A DNA stretch of 64,000 nt from Macrostomum lignano (Eukaryota), in NCBI GenBank assembly GCA_002269645.1, contig NIVC01002435.1:86492-150491 (forward strand), given 5' to 3'. This document shows positions 1 to 10,870 of this stretch, one piece after another. Under the pieces are notes generated by a model that saw nothing but the letters and a program-made list of their open reading frames with translations, was not told the DNA's origin and did not search any database. Position 1 is the first letter of the stretch; the number at the start of each line of letters is the position of its first letter. Both the position numbers and the translations under genes were made by a program.

Positions 1-1
1 C

Positions 2-1364
2 CGAATCTACTCCAAAACCTACTCGACGCCTCGTCGGCCCTTCGAGAAGGAGCGCCTGGACGCCGAGCTGAAGCTCATCGGTATGTACGGCCTGAAGAAC
101 AAGCGCGAGGTGTGGCGCGTCAAGTACACCCTGGCCAAGATCCGCAAGGCCGCCCGGGAGCTGCTCACGCTTGAGGAGAAAGATCCCAGGCGCCTGTTCG
201 AGGGCAACGCGCTGTTGCGTCGCTTGGTTCGAATCGGCGTGCTGCAGGAGGACAAGATGAAGCTGGATTACGTGCTGGCCTCAAGATTGAGGACTTCCTT
301 GAGCGCCGGCTGCAGACCCAGGTGAGTATTGCCGCCTTGTCATGGGTCTGTATGGCTCGATTCACATATGAGCTCTGATTCACCCCGTCTAAGAGTGGGT
401 ACGGAAAACTGTTGAGTCACTGCCTAAGGATCATACCGTGTCTGCGAGGGAATCTGTGGGCACTGCTGTGTCTGCGAGGGAATCTGTGGGGCACTGCTGT
501 GTCTGCGAGGGAATCTGTGGGGCACTGCTGTGTCTGCGAGGGAATCTGTGGGGCACTGCTGTGTCTGCGAGGGAATCTGTGGGTCACTGCTGTGTCTGCA
601 AGTGGATCTGAGGGTCACTACCGTGTCTGCAAGTGGATCTGAGGGTCACTACCGTGTCTGCAAGTGGATCTGAGGGTCACTACCGTGTCTGCAAGTGGAT
701 CTGAGGGTCACTACCGTGTCTGCAAGTGGATCTGAGGGTCACTACCGTGTCTGCAAGTTGATCTGAGGGTCACTACCGAGTCTGAAAGTGGATCTGAGGG
801 TCACTACGAGTCTGCAAGTGGATCTGAGGGTCACTACCGAGTCTGCAGTGGATCTGAGGGTCACTACCGAGTCTGAAAGTGGATCTGAGGGTCACTACCG
901 AGTCTGCAAGTGGATCTGAGGGTCACTACCGAGTCTGAAAGTGGATCTGAGGGTCACTACCGTGTCTGCAAGTGGATCTGAGGGTCACTACCGAGTCTGC
1001 AAGTGGATCTGAGGGTCACTACCGTGTCTGCAAGTGAACTTGTGGGGCCGCGAGCCCACAGCAGTACCGCACCCGCAGCCAACAATCCAGCTACCCCTCC
1101 CTTTCCCCATTCTCCGCCCCGGCGCAGGTGCTGAAGCTCGGCCTGGCCAAGAGCATCCACCACGCCCGCGTGCTGATCCGCCAGCGCCACATCCGCGTGC
1201 GCCGCCAGATGGTGAACGTGCCGTCCTTCATGGTGCGCCTGGACAGCCAGAAGCACATTGACTTCTCGTTGAAGAGCCCGCTGGGCGGCGGCCGGCCCGG
1301 CCGAGTCAAGAGGAAGAACGCCCGCGAGGGCACCAAGGGTGGCGAGGACGCTGACGAGGATTAA
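2..1364 (+). CDS. RPS9: 40S ribosomal protein S9 (uS4), 5' partial; exons <2-321 and 1128-1364; apparent 1-bp frameshift near 278
   Basis: Translation [23 protein letters not shown]...KMKLDYVL[G][14 protein letters not shown]|[24 protein letters not shown] matches the S9 family. GT-AG intron 322-1127; AATAAA at ~1438. The frame is restored by one extra G in ctggcc. Confidence 0.97.
436..1036. repeat. Two adjacent related minisatellites (~30-bp CTGTGTCTGCGAGGGAATCTGTGGGGCACTG-type, then ~31-bp CCGTGTCTGCAAGTGGATCTGAGGGTCACTA) in the RPS9 intron
   Basis: Direct tandem periodicity is visible in the sequence. Confidence 0.95.
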
Positions 1365-2451
1365 AACGGATCCGATTTCGATAAGAGAGACCATGGATTG
1401 AGAGCGCTAACTGGTAGCCGTGTGGAGCATCGGGGACAATAAAAGTTGAGATGCAAACAAAATTCAGAGTCTGAATGATAACAGCCTCATCAGGCTGGCT
1501 TGGAATGAAAAAAATCAATCAAGTTTTCAGTGTGTTCCACTGTTTCTTGTTTATTTTATTTTATTGACAGAACTCGCACCTGTCTCCAGTTCAGTTTGGT
1601 TTGCGTTATATAACTCGACCATTCCTAGCAGTATGGTCTTTCAATATGCACACGAATTATTGGGGGATAAACTTAATTATCTTTGTAAACACAGCTTGCG
1701 GTAGTGCCGGTGTGTTGGCCCTAGCAGTTTGGCTTGGCTATCAAAATGCCTTTATCAATGGCAGCTATAGGGGGGGGGGGGGTCATGCTTCGGCTTTAAT
1801 TAGTTGGCAGCAGGGCTGTCTAAGCTTGACCCGGCCACCGCGATTTTTGGCAAATAGAAGCTTTGCTTGCTGACAGCCAGATAATGTGTGCTCTGTGAAT
1901 ATAATGGCGGGTGTATTGCAGTGTAGGAATATATGATTGAGGTCTGACACTAGACAGCGAGGCAGGTACCCGACTTCATTCAGTCCTTGTTCAGTTCAGT
2001 TGAGAAAAGTTATTTTGTTTTCATTTTGATTTCTTTAAAAAGTTATATCTATAAAGTTGAAATTGAATTCTATAAATTAATTTAGTGGAACTTCCTGAGC
2101 AGGACGCGGCCTGAAATGTAAGTAACGTTAATTTGTAGCTGTGGAAAGAAAAAACTGATGAACTCTTTGAAACTACATGGTTATAAAAAAAGCATTTCGT
2201 CACTACAAGGTATAAAGGCCGGCTCATGTACAGCTCCACAGGTCGAAGATTGCTCAGACCTGTCTTAAAATTGATTTGAGAAATCTTTGGCCCCACGGAG
2301 CTACTAGTGAGTGGTACTAATGAACTGGCCTTACTGGTTGGCTCCAGTTGCGACTTAGTTTGCTTCAGTAGTTCAGACTTCTTAAGTTTTATTTCTCTCT
2401 TTCTGTTGCTTCTTCTGTTTGCGTTTCCTTTCTCCTTTTCCTCTCGCGCTT

Positions 2452-3690
2452 TGATCCTTTTGTCATATTTGTCAAGGATGATCCTTTGTCATCTTTGTCA
2501 AGGATGATCCTTTGTCATCCTTTGTCAAGGATGATCCTTTGTCATCTTTGTCAAGGATGATCCTTTGTCATCCTTTGTCAAGGATGATCCTTTGTCATCT
2601 TTGTCAAGGATGATCCTTTGTCATCTTTGTCAAGGATGATCCTTTGTCATCCTTTGTCAAGGATGATCCTTTGTCATCCTTTGTCAAGGATGATCCTTTG
2701 TCATCCTTTGTCAAGGATGATCCTTTGTCATCTTTGTCAAGGATGATCCTTTGTCATCCTTTGTCAAGGATGATCCTTTGTCATCCTTTGTCAAGGATGA
2801 TCCTTTGTCATCTTTGTCAAGGATGATCCTTTGTCATCTTTGTCAAGGATGATCCTTTGTCATCCTTTGTCAAGGATGATCCTTTGTCATCTTTGTCAAG
2901 GATGATCCTTTGTCATCCTTTGTCAAGGATGATCCTTTGTCATCTTTGTCAAGGATGATCCTTTGTCATCCTTTGTCAAGGATGATCCTTTGTCATCCTT
3001 TGTCAAGGATGATCCTTTGTCATCCTTTGTCAAGGATGATCCTTTGTCATCCTTTGTCAAGGATGATCCTTTGTCATCCTTTGTCAAGGATGATCCTTTG
3101 TCATCCTTTGTCAAGGATGATCCTTTGTCATCTTTGTCAAGGATGATCCTTTGTCATCCTTTGTCAAGGATGATCCTTTGTCATCTTTGTCAAGGATGAT
3201 CCTTTGTCATCCTTTGTCAAGGATGATCCTTTGTCATCTTTGTCAAGGATGATCCTTTGTCATCATTTGTCAAGGATGATCCTTTGTCATCCTTTGTCAA
3301 GGATGATCCTTTGTCATCCTTTGTCAAGGATGATCCTTTGTCATCCTTTGTCAAGGATGATCCTTTGTCATCCTTTGTCAAGGATGATCCTTTGTCATCC
3401 TTTGTCAAGGATGATCCTTTGTCAAGGATGATCCTTTGTCATCCTTTGTCAAGGATGATCCTTTGTCATCTTTGTCAAGGATGATCCTTTGTCATCCTTT
3501 GTCAAGGATGATCCTTTGTCATCCTTTGTCAAGGATGATCCTTTGTCATCTTTGTCAAGGATGATCCTTTGTCATCCTTTGTCAAGGATGATCCTTTGTC
3601 ATCCTTTGTCAAGGATGATCCTTTGTCATCCTTTGTCAAGGATCATCCTTTGTCATCCTTTGTCAAGGATGATCCTTTGTCATCCTTTGT
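2452..3690. repeat. 26/27-bp minisatellite TTTGTCAAGGATGATCCTTTGTCATC(C), about 45 copies
   Basis: Near-perfect tandem copies; the unit has internal dyad symmetry. Confidence 0.97.
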
Positions 3691-4658
3691 CTTTCACCAC
3701 GCAAAAATGACAAAATTGTATATTTACGAGCGTAGTTTCGCAAACCTGGCAGCAACATTCGAATTACAATGCTTAATTCGGAAAAGTCGTCAGTCCGAGA
3801 GAAGTCGCTTACTGGCATACAATGTGGCGACTCTTCTATGTTGCTGAATGCATGTGAGCGTAGCTACACGTACTGTATACTCCGCAACAGTCACAAGCAG
3901 CATTCCTAGCGAGGGGCGACTTGCGACACTCACCATTGAAGTAAGAGAGTAGTTCATGCCCTTCGCTAAGGGTTGTTATGCGGTTTATCCCTTTCTTCCC
4001 TCAATTTTTGCCTAACGCAGTGGCGCAAGTTGCGGTTTGAAGTGACAGAGGTGGGCAATCGCCTCTCATTAGAGTGCTAATTTTGACTTGCTAAGGTGGC
4101 TAGGTGTTCGGCAATTGACTACCGGCCAGTTTGCCCCAGATTCAGCACCAATCTAAGCCTAAACCTAATTCTAACATTAAACTTAACCCAATCCCTAACC
4201 TAGAACTGCTCGTTCTCGAAAAATCATTTATTCGTGTTATTCTCAAGATCAGATCTGCTGATGAAGTTCGGACTCCGTTTAACTCGTTCAGAACAGCTTT
4301 GATCTCTCAAATCACTACACAGACTGTCTCAAAGTCAAAATTTCGAAATCAGACGTTAGTGTTAGTAAGCCTGGCCCGTTGCGTCATCTTGCCATCATCT
4401 TTTTCTAAATATAATAATTACATGTAAGCGTCATTTCTCTAGAGCCCGAAATTTATACGAAGTGGAGAGTACAAATATTGGTTAACAGTAGTAGTTATAC
4501 GAGTACATGTCGGTACAAATCGTAACTCAGCTCAAACTATCAAGGACAAATCTGAAGTCACTCTCACGCATAATAGAATCCATGCACCCTAACTGACCGC
4601 AACAAAATGAAAATTACCATTTCAATTTTCGACTCCGTGCATGCCACCGACGCAGCAG

Positions 4659-5763
4659 ATGTCTCTCGACTTGACGGCACCGTCCAGCGGCCGTATTGCC
4701 TTCAGCGCCTGCCTGCACGGCCTGGTCCTGTTCGGCCTGTGCACCGCCATGAGCCTCATGCACGTGCTCGTCCCGCCATTCTCGAGGCTGTTCTTTTGCG
4801 ACGATCAGAGCATCCGGTACCCGGTGGGCCGCTGCTCCGTGCCCTACTATATCTGCGCTCCCGTTGGCGTCTTGACCGCCTGGCTGACTATCGCTGTGGC
4901 CGAGTGGCGCTGTCGAGATCGCCGACACCTGCGTAGCGCACCGGCCCTGGTGGCCTTCGCGCGACGCCTGTTCGCCACCAGCGAGTTCGCGGCCAGCTAC
5001 TTCGCGGCCGTCCTGTATGCCGTTTACTACTTCTGTGTGGGCCTGGCCGGCTGCGACTTCCTGATGGGCATGGCCAAGAATGCCTTCGGCCGGCATCGGC
5101 CATTCTTTTACACTGTCTGTCGGCCGGAGCTGCCAGGCGGCTTCTGCAATGCCAGCGTTGCCTACGATGCGGCCGTGGTCTGCAGGCCAGCTGTGTCGGC
5201 GAGGGAATTCCAGGTGCGGTGCTGCAGAAAGTGCTTAGTCATGCTGAGAGTATGCCCTGCAACCCCCTGAGACAGGGGCAGCGATCTGCTGAGATACAGG
5301 GGGTCCAGCGGAGGCATTCATGGGTTTTTTGGCTGCTCAAGCGGACTTGGTTTGCATGCGCTCGTATCCATCTCATTCTCAGGACGCGCAGCGCTCGTTT
5401 CCCAGCGGCCACGCTTCCTTCAGTCTCTACTGCGCCACCATTGTGCTGCTCTACCTGCAGCGGCGGGCGGGCCGCTGTCGATCCGCTCTACTTCGCCGGA
5501 CCTTCCAGTTCCTGGCGGCGGTGGCCGGCCTGTACGTGGCCTACTCGCGAGTGTCGGACTACAAGCACCACTGGAGCGACGTGCTGGCTGGCGGGCTGCT
5601 CGGTGACGGCATGGCCTGGCTAGCGGCCAGCGTCGTTCCTCGTGAAGGCTGCGGGCTCGGCGTTGAAGGCAAACAGGACGAGGCCCGGGAGACCGGCAGC
5701 GGCGATGAGGGAAAGGAAGATGCTGGGCCGGGGGTGCGGAGACTGGCTGGCAGTGTGGTGTGA
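4659..5763 (+). CDS. PAP2-family lipid phosphate phosphatase (PLPP/wunen-like), copy A; exons 4659(or 4641)-5213 and 5383-5763
   Basis: FFCDDQSIRYP; C1 KNAFGRHRP (KX6RP); C2 SFPSGH; C3 SRVSDYKHHWSD; multiple TM segments; phase-0 GT-AG intron 5214-5382. Confidence 0.95.
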
Positions 5764-6942
5764 GAGACTGGCTCAGGTTTAGAACGGTTTTGTCTTTTCT
5801 GGTCATTTGCGCTGCACGGTCGCCCCGCCTTTATTTGATGTTAGAGTTGCTAATCAATATCGATATCGCGAAATCATGTAACTATAGCAGCGAAAATTGA
5901 AAGCCATTCTCCATGCGCAATGCGCATCTGCATACGTTTTGTTGACATTTGACTAGCGTAATTCACTCCAAAGTCCTCATTTTTAAGCTACTTAACCGTC
6001 AGTAACCATTAAGATCGGTTAAAAAATTGCAGCAGTGTTTATTCATTTTAATCAGAACCGCACATTCGTGTCTTATTAATCTCTTCTCGCTTACTTTATT
6101 GTCGTTTATCAGAGCAGAGTTTCCGAGTTTATTAGAGATGCGATGCGATGAGAAAGCTTTGCCAGTGGCAGCAAGTGCGCTCGTACCAAAAACTCTTCGC
6201 CTTGTTGTTTTGTTAGGTCGGACACGCCAAACTTTGCATTCAAGTGGTAATTGTACTCAAATAGCAAGAAGTAGCTACGTACTAAAAACTAAGACTTAAA
6301 GCATATTACAAATTTACAAGCTGGTTTCCTTAGTTTATGAATTAATAAATATATTATTAAAAACCGTTCAGTGGTTGGATGGCGCGGGAGCGCTTTCACA
6401 ATACCTAAAGTTCACATCGGTTAAAAGTTTCAAGCATCCTCTTGTAAAACAAAAACTTCACAAGACATAAACTTCACCTTCACATCACCTAAAAGATGTT
6501 TTTATTTTCAGGCTAACGCTTTTTGCCGTTGACGCAATTTAGGATTTCCATTAATGATTCCCAAGTTTAGGCCCCTGGTGAAGTTTAGGGCCTTTTAGAT
6601 TGCTTAACTTTGAGGCGATGTGTTAAGTATTGTATGTGAGGTTTACATCGTAGGTCTTACACGTATGAACTCCCCCCCGTTGGACAGCCTCCTCCAAACC
6701 AAGGCCAGGCAGTAGTAGAGAGAAGAGCCCAATGTACACCCAACAAATGTACACTTGCGCTAACCCAACCAACCACGCCCAGCCCCCCCCCCCCAACTTA
6801 TGATAAGGAGAAGGGAGGAATGTACACGAAAACGGGCGGAGAAATTTCAGCGAGAGAGTGCAGGGCCTTGTAAAACTGTCCTTTACCCCCGGCAGTCTAT
6901 CTGTCTGTAGTCCGGCTTTACTTTGCGTTTTTGCATTGCTTT

Positions 6943-7076
6943 GAAAATCCAGCTGAAAATCTTTCGCGGTAGTGTAAACTGCTTACTAAATTCTATCTCA
7001 GGTGAGCCCGAAAATCCAGCTGAAAATCTTTCGCGGTAGTGTAAACTGCTTACTAAATTCTATCTCAGGTGAGCCC
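6943..7076. repeat. Perfect 67-bp tandem duplication, each copy ending in a CAG|GTGAGC splice-donor consensus
   Basis: 6943-7009 is identical to 7010-7076; GT at 7002 and 7069. Confidence 0.9.
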
Positions 7077-7797
7077 GTGTGCGATTATTGAATCTGTGGA
7101 TTGAGAAAGTTGTGTACATTTAAAATTAGTCTTGTGTGTTCTGCACGATGCGACTTTAAAGGCTGTTTTTGCGTCGAAAAATCAGTTTCTAAAGCTTAAT
7201 TAAACAGTTTCAAATGTACATGCACTTTACTTCATAATCTTATCACATCGCACATACCTACTAAAAAGCGTCATATGCAAATTAGGTACCATATATAAAT
7301 TCGTAGGCATTTGGCATATACATGTAACAGCTAGTAGGTAGTATAACTATAACACAGCAGCCCCAGTCCCTTGCTTAATATAAACAAATCTGCTTTTATT
7401 CCAGGCGTCTCCAGAAATATCCTCATCTTCGGAGGCTGAAACCGATACTTTCGGCACTTCGGGCCTTCACGTTCGCAAATTCCACTCCAACTCCCAGCCT
7501 CGCCCCGGGGTCAATACCACTAACAGTAATCCCAATTCTCCAGCTCCAGCTCCAAAACCTAATCCGGTTCTTCAACAGTCCAGCTCCCTGCCGAGCCCGG
7601 ACTCCACAGCTAAGCCGAACTTGAATCCCGTCCCAAAGTCCGATCCGGTTCCGATTCCTAATCCCAACCCCAATCCCGCGCGCATTCCTAATCCCAACCC
7701 AGCCAAAGTCCCAAAACCCATTCCCGCCCGCAAGCCCAAACCGGACCCGGTTGCCAGTCCCGGTCCCAGACAAAACCTGCGAGCTCATCCAGGCCGC

Positions 7798-8416
7798 ATG
7801 GAGCCGCGAGCTTCGGCAATTCTGGCTGGCGTCGGCCACCTCCTGGTGCTGCTGATGCTGGGCGCCGCCTGCCTCATCGTCCACTTCGCCGTCAAGCCGT
7901 TCCAGCGCGGCTTCTACTGCGACGACGAGAGCATCGGCTACCCGCTGAAGGAGGGCACCGTGCCCTTCAGCACCTGCATTGGCGTCGGCGTGGTCCTCGG
8001 CCTGTTCGTGGTGGTCACTGTCGAGTGCCTGCGGCACTGGCACGCCCCGAGCGGGTGAAATCCGACCGGCCGGCCCACCCCACCCTACTGTCAGTAGTTG
8101 GCCGCATATTGCCGGAAAAATTTGCTCCGCTATTTGCAGCCATAACAGCCGGGCTCTACCAGCTGGCCTTCGCCTGTCTGGCTAACGAGATTTTCACCGT
8201 GGTCGGCAAGATGGGCTTCGGCCGGCAGCGGCCGCACTTTCTGGCAGCCTGCCAGCTCAACACCACCTGCGTGCGCGGCAAACTGTACACCCCCGACTTC
8301 TGCCGCCCGCCGGACTCCGGCAAATTCACAAATGCGATGAAGTCTTTTCCCAGCGGGCACTCCTCCTTCTCCATGGCCGTGTGCGTCTACCTGGCTGTCT
8401 ACATGCAGGTCTGTCC

Positions 8417-8480
<64 letters not shown>

Positions 8481-8841
8481 TAGTGTATAAGGGTATCTAG
8501 GGTATCTATCTATCCCACAGGCCCGCCTGGCCTTCCGTCACCCGCTGCACTCGCTGAAAAACCTGGCGCAGGTGGCGCTGGTGCTGGTGGGCTCCAGCGT
8601 TGCGATGTCCCGCGTCTCCGACTATAAGCACCACTGGAGCGACATTCTGGCCGGCAGCCTTATCGGCACCGTCTGCGGCGCCCTGCTGGCCGCCAAGTTC
8701 TTCTCGCCGCTTGCGCCAGCTCGCGCTCTGGCTGACGCCCCGGCCGCTGTCGTCTACTCCGAGTCGCCGTCGCGCGCCGCTGACGGTGGCAACCGCGGCG
8801 GCGGCGGCGGCAGAAGCGGCGGGCACGACTTTGTCGCCTAA
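7798..8841 (+). CDS. PAP2-family lipid phosphate phosphatase, copy B; exons 7798(exon may open at 7405)-8408 and 8521-8841; apparent 1-bp frameshift near 8045-8048
   Basis: PFQRGFYCDDESIGYP; C1 KMGFGRQRP; C2 SFPSGH; C3 SRVSDYKHHWSD; phase-0 intron 8409-8520. The frame is restored by one extra C in cacgcccc. Confidence 0.92.
8409..8480. repeat. (GTCT)n microsatellite starting at the intron donor of PLPP copy B
   Basis: Visible tetranucleotide run. Confidence 0.95.
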
Positions 8842-9322
8842 AAAATTTTAATTACTTTGTGCAAAGTTTTAACGAAATATTCTTGTTTCGCTACTGCTGT
8901 TCCTAAGTAGCTGATCTGCGGTCGCGTTTTATTGGATTGCTGGCGTGCGCTGTTATTTGTACTGTTATCTAAATCCTAGATTGCCGAGTTTATAGTTGCT
9001 TTTGTTTTAAATGATTTTAAATTGATTTGCGCTGTGATTGCTTTAATTATCCCGAAGTGTGCCGATATAGCCTTTTTAACTGCGCGCTTCAAATAACATT
9101 GATTTTAATTTTGGCTTTCCATCAGTTCTCTCAAATTTCTAATTTGCAGTTAATCATTTACAGCAGAAGTACCTAGGGGCAAGGGGGTGGGGCTTTTTGC
9201 TGCGTCCATAGTCCATAGTCACCTGGTGCCACCTGTTGAAGGTTCAGGAGCTCCGCCTGGGTGAAGGCCAGTGACCAATCAAGTCAGCTGATGCAGCCAC
9301 GTATTTAACGAGCTGATGAAAT

Positions 9323-9420
9323 TTGGGAAGGCTGCACTTAGGGATGTCTTGGGAAGGCTGCACTTAGGGATGTCTTGGGAAGGCTGCACTTAGGGATGTC
9401 TTGGGAAGGCTGCACTTAGG
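9323..9420. repeat. 26-bp tandem repeat TTGGGAAGGCTGCACTTAGGGATGTC, about 4 copies
   Basis: Direct tandem copies. Confidence 0.9.
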
Positions 9421-10146
9421 AGCAGTGCTGGTTGGCGCACATGGCCGGGTGATTTAATAATAGTGGCGCTTAAGGAAAAATCCGATCTTTTAGCAGAATC
9501 CTTGAATATCTCGACGGTCTGGAGGGCTCGTGACTTGATTCTTGTTTGAGAAGGCTGAGCAAAAAAGTTAGCCTGTGATCTTGAATTTTGTTTGCCTGCG
9601 TTGCTTCGTTCTGGCGCAGCAAAAATGTTAGAAATTCCCCGCCCCCTTCGTGGTTCGACAGTAGGAAAAGTGGCTTGGTGTTCCTACTGTTTAATAAGCT
9701 CTCTTCGCAATATACCGTACGCGTGTGTTAAATTAATCAGTAGTTGATGATTATATTTATGCTCGCTGATGTTCGGAAGTTTGAAGTCATATTTGAGAAT
9801 TAGTTTAATTAACTGGAGAAGGAAATCGGCGAGAAAGCCAGGGCGGACTGGCAGCTCCGGTCGCTTCGACCCCAGCCCACCCAGCTCTGATAATCGTGAT
9901 TTATTGGTCACAGCTTTCATACCTACTGCGCCTTGGATCTGGCATGGCCCCTTCCGCTGCCGGTGGCGCAAAACGTTGCTAAATTATACGTTCGTATGGG
10001 CACAAATTGATACCGCTATGGATGGCGGTTTCACTACAAGAGAATTATACAATGTACGGTTGAGCAATAGTTTTGAAGTAGGTGCCACTCTATTATAACG
10101 ACCATTTCCTGTCGGATGCTCAGCAGTCTCTTGTCTCTAAGTAAGA

Positions 10147-10448
10147 AAAGTGAGCACTCCTGTCTTGAAGTGAGCACTCCTGTCTTGAAGTGAGCACTCC
10201 TGTCTTAAAGTGAGCACTCCTGTCTTAAAGTGAGCTCTCCTGTCTTGAAGTGAGCACTCCTGTCTTGAAGTGAGCACTCCTGTCTTGAAGTGAGCACTCC
10301 TGTCTTGAAGTGAGCACTCCTGTCTTGAAGTGAGCACTCCTGTCTTGAAGTGAGCACTCCTGTCTTAAAGTGAGCACTCCTGTCTTGAAGTGAGCACTCC
10401 TGTCTTGAAGTGAGCACTCCTGTCTTGAAGTGAGCACTCCTGTCTTGA
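10147..10448. repeat. 21-bp minisatellite AGTGAGCACTCCTGTCTTGAA, about 14 copies
   Basis: Direct tandem copies with a degenerate tail to ~10525. Confidence 0.95.
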
Positions 10449-10870
10449 ATGGGCATACCGATAACTCCTGTTTCAAAGTGAGCACTCTTCTTAAATTGAG
10501 TACTATTGTCTTGAAGTGAGTACTTTAACTGAAGGGAGCTCTTTTATATTGGAAAGGCACGCCCCAATGTTAAAGAGGATTTTCGAAAATAAAGTAAACA
10601 GTGAACACCCTCCATTAAGAATTGTGCATCATTTTAGAATTAGAATTTACGAGTAGTATATGTGGATAGTGAGCATTAGGTATTAGAACTGGATAATGGC
10701 AAATATTTTTAGCATCCATTACTTATCCCATTGGGCAATGAAAAGTGCTTTTTGTTTACTTTTCCTCAATAGCTATATAATTTAGAAGTCCCTGCTATAG
10801 TCCAGGTGACACTTAAAAGTCCTTGCTAGCAGAAGTCAAGCAGTCTAAAATCTGTCCCAGTCGCAGCAGT

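Noticed and set aside
322-435. snoRNA in the RPS9 intron
   Set aside because: No convincing C/D or H/ACA box arrangement could be identified by eye.
2452-3690. CRISPR-like appearance of palindromic 21-43-bp repeat arrays
   Set aside because: There are no unique spacers and no cas genes, and the context is eukaryotic.
4110-4210. CCTAAC-like degenerate repeats resembling a Helentron/DINE remnant or interstitial telomere
   Set aside because: Too short and degenerate; no termini could be defined.
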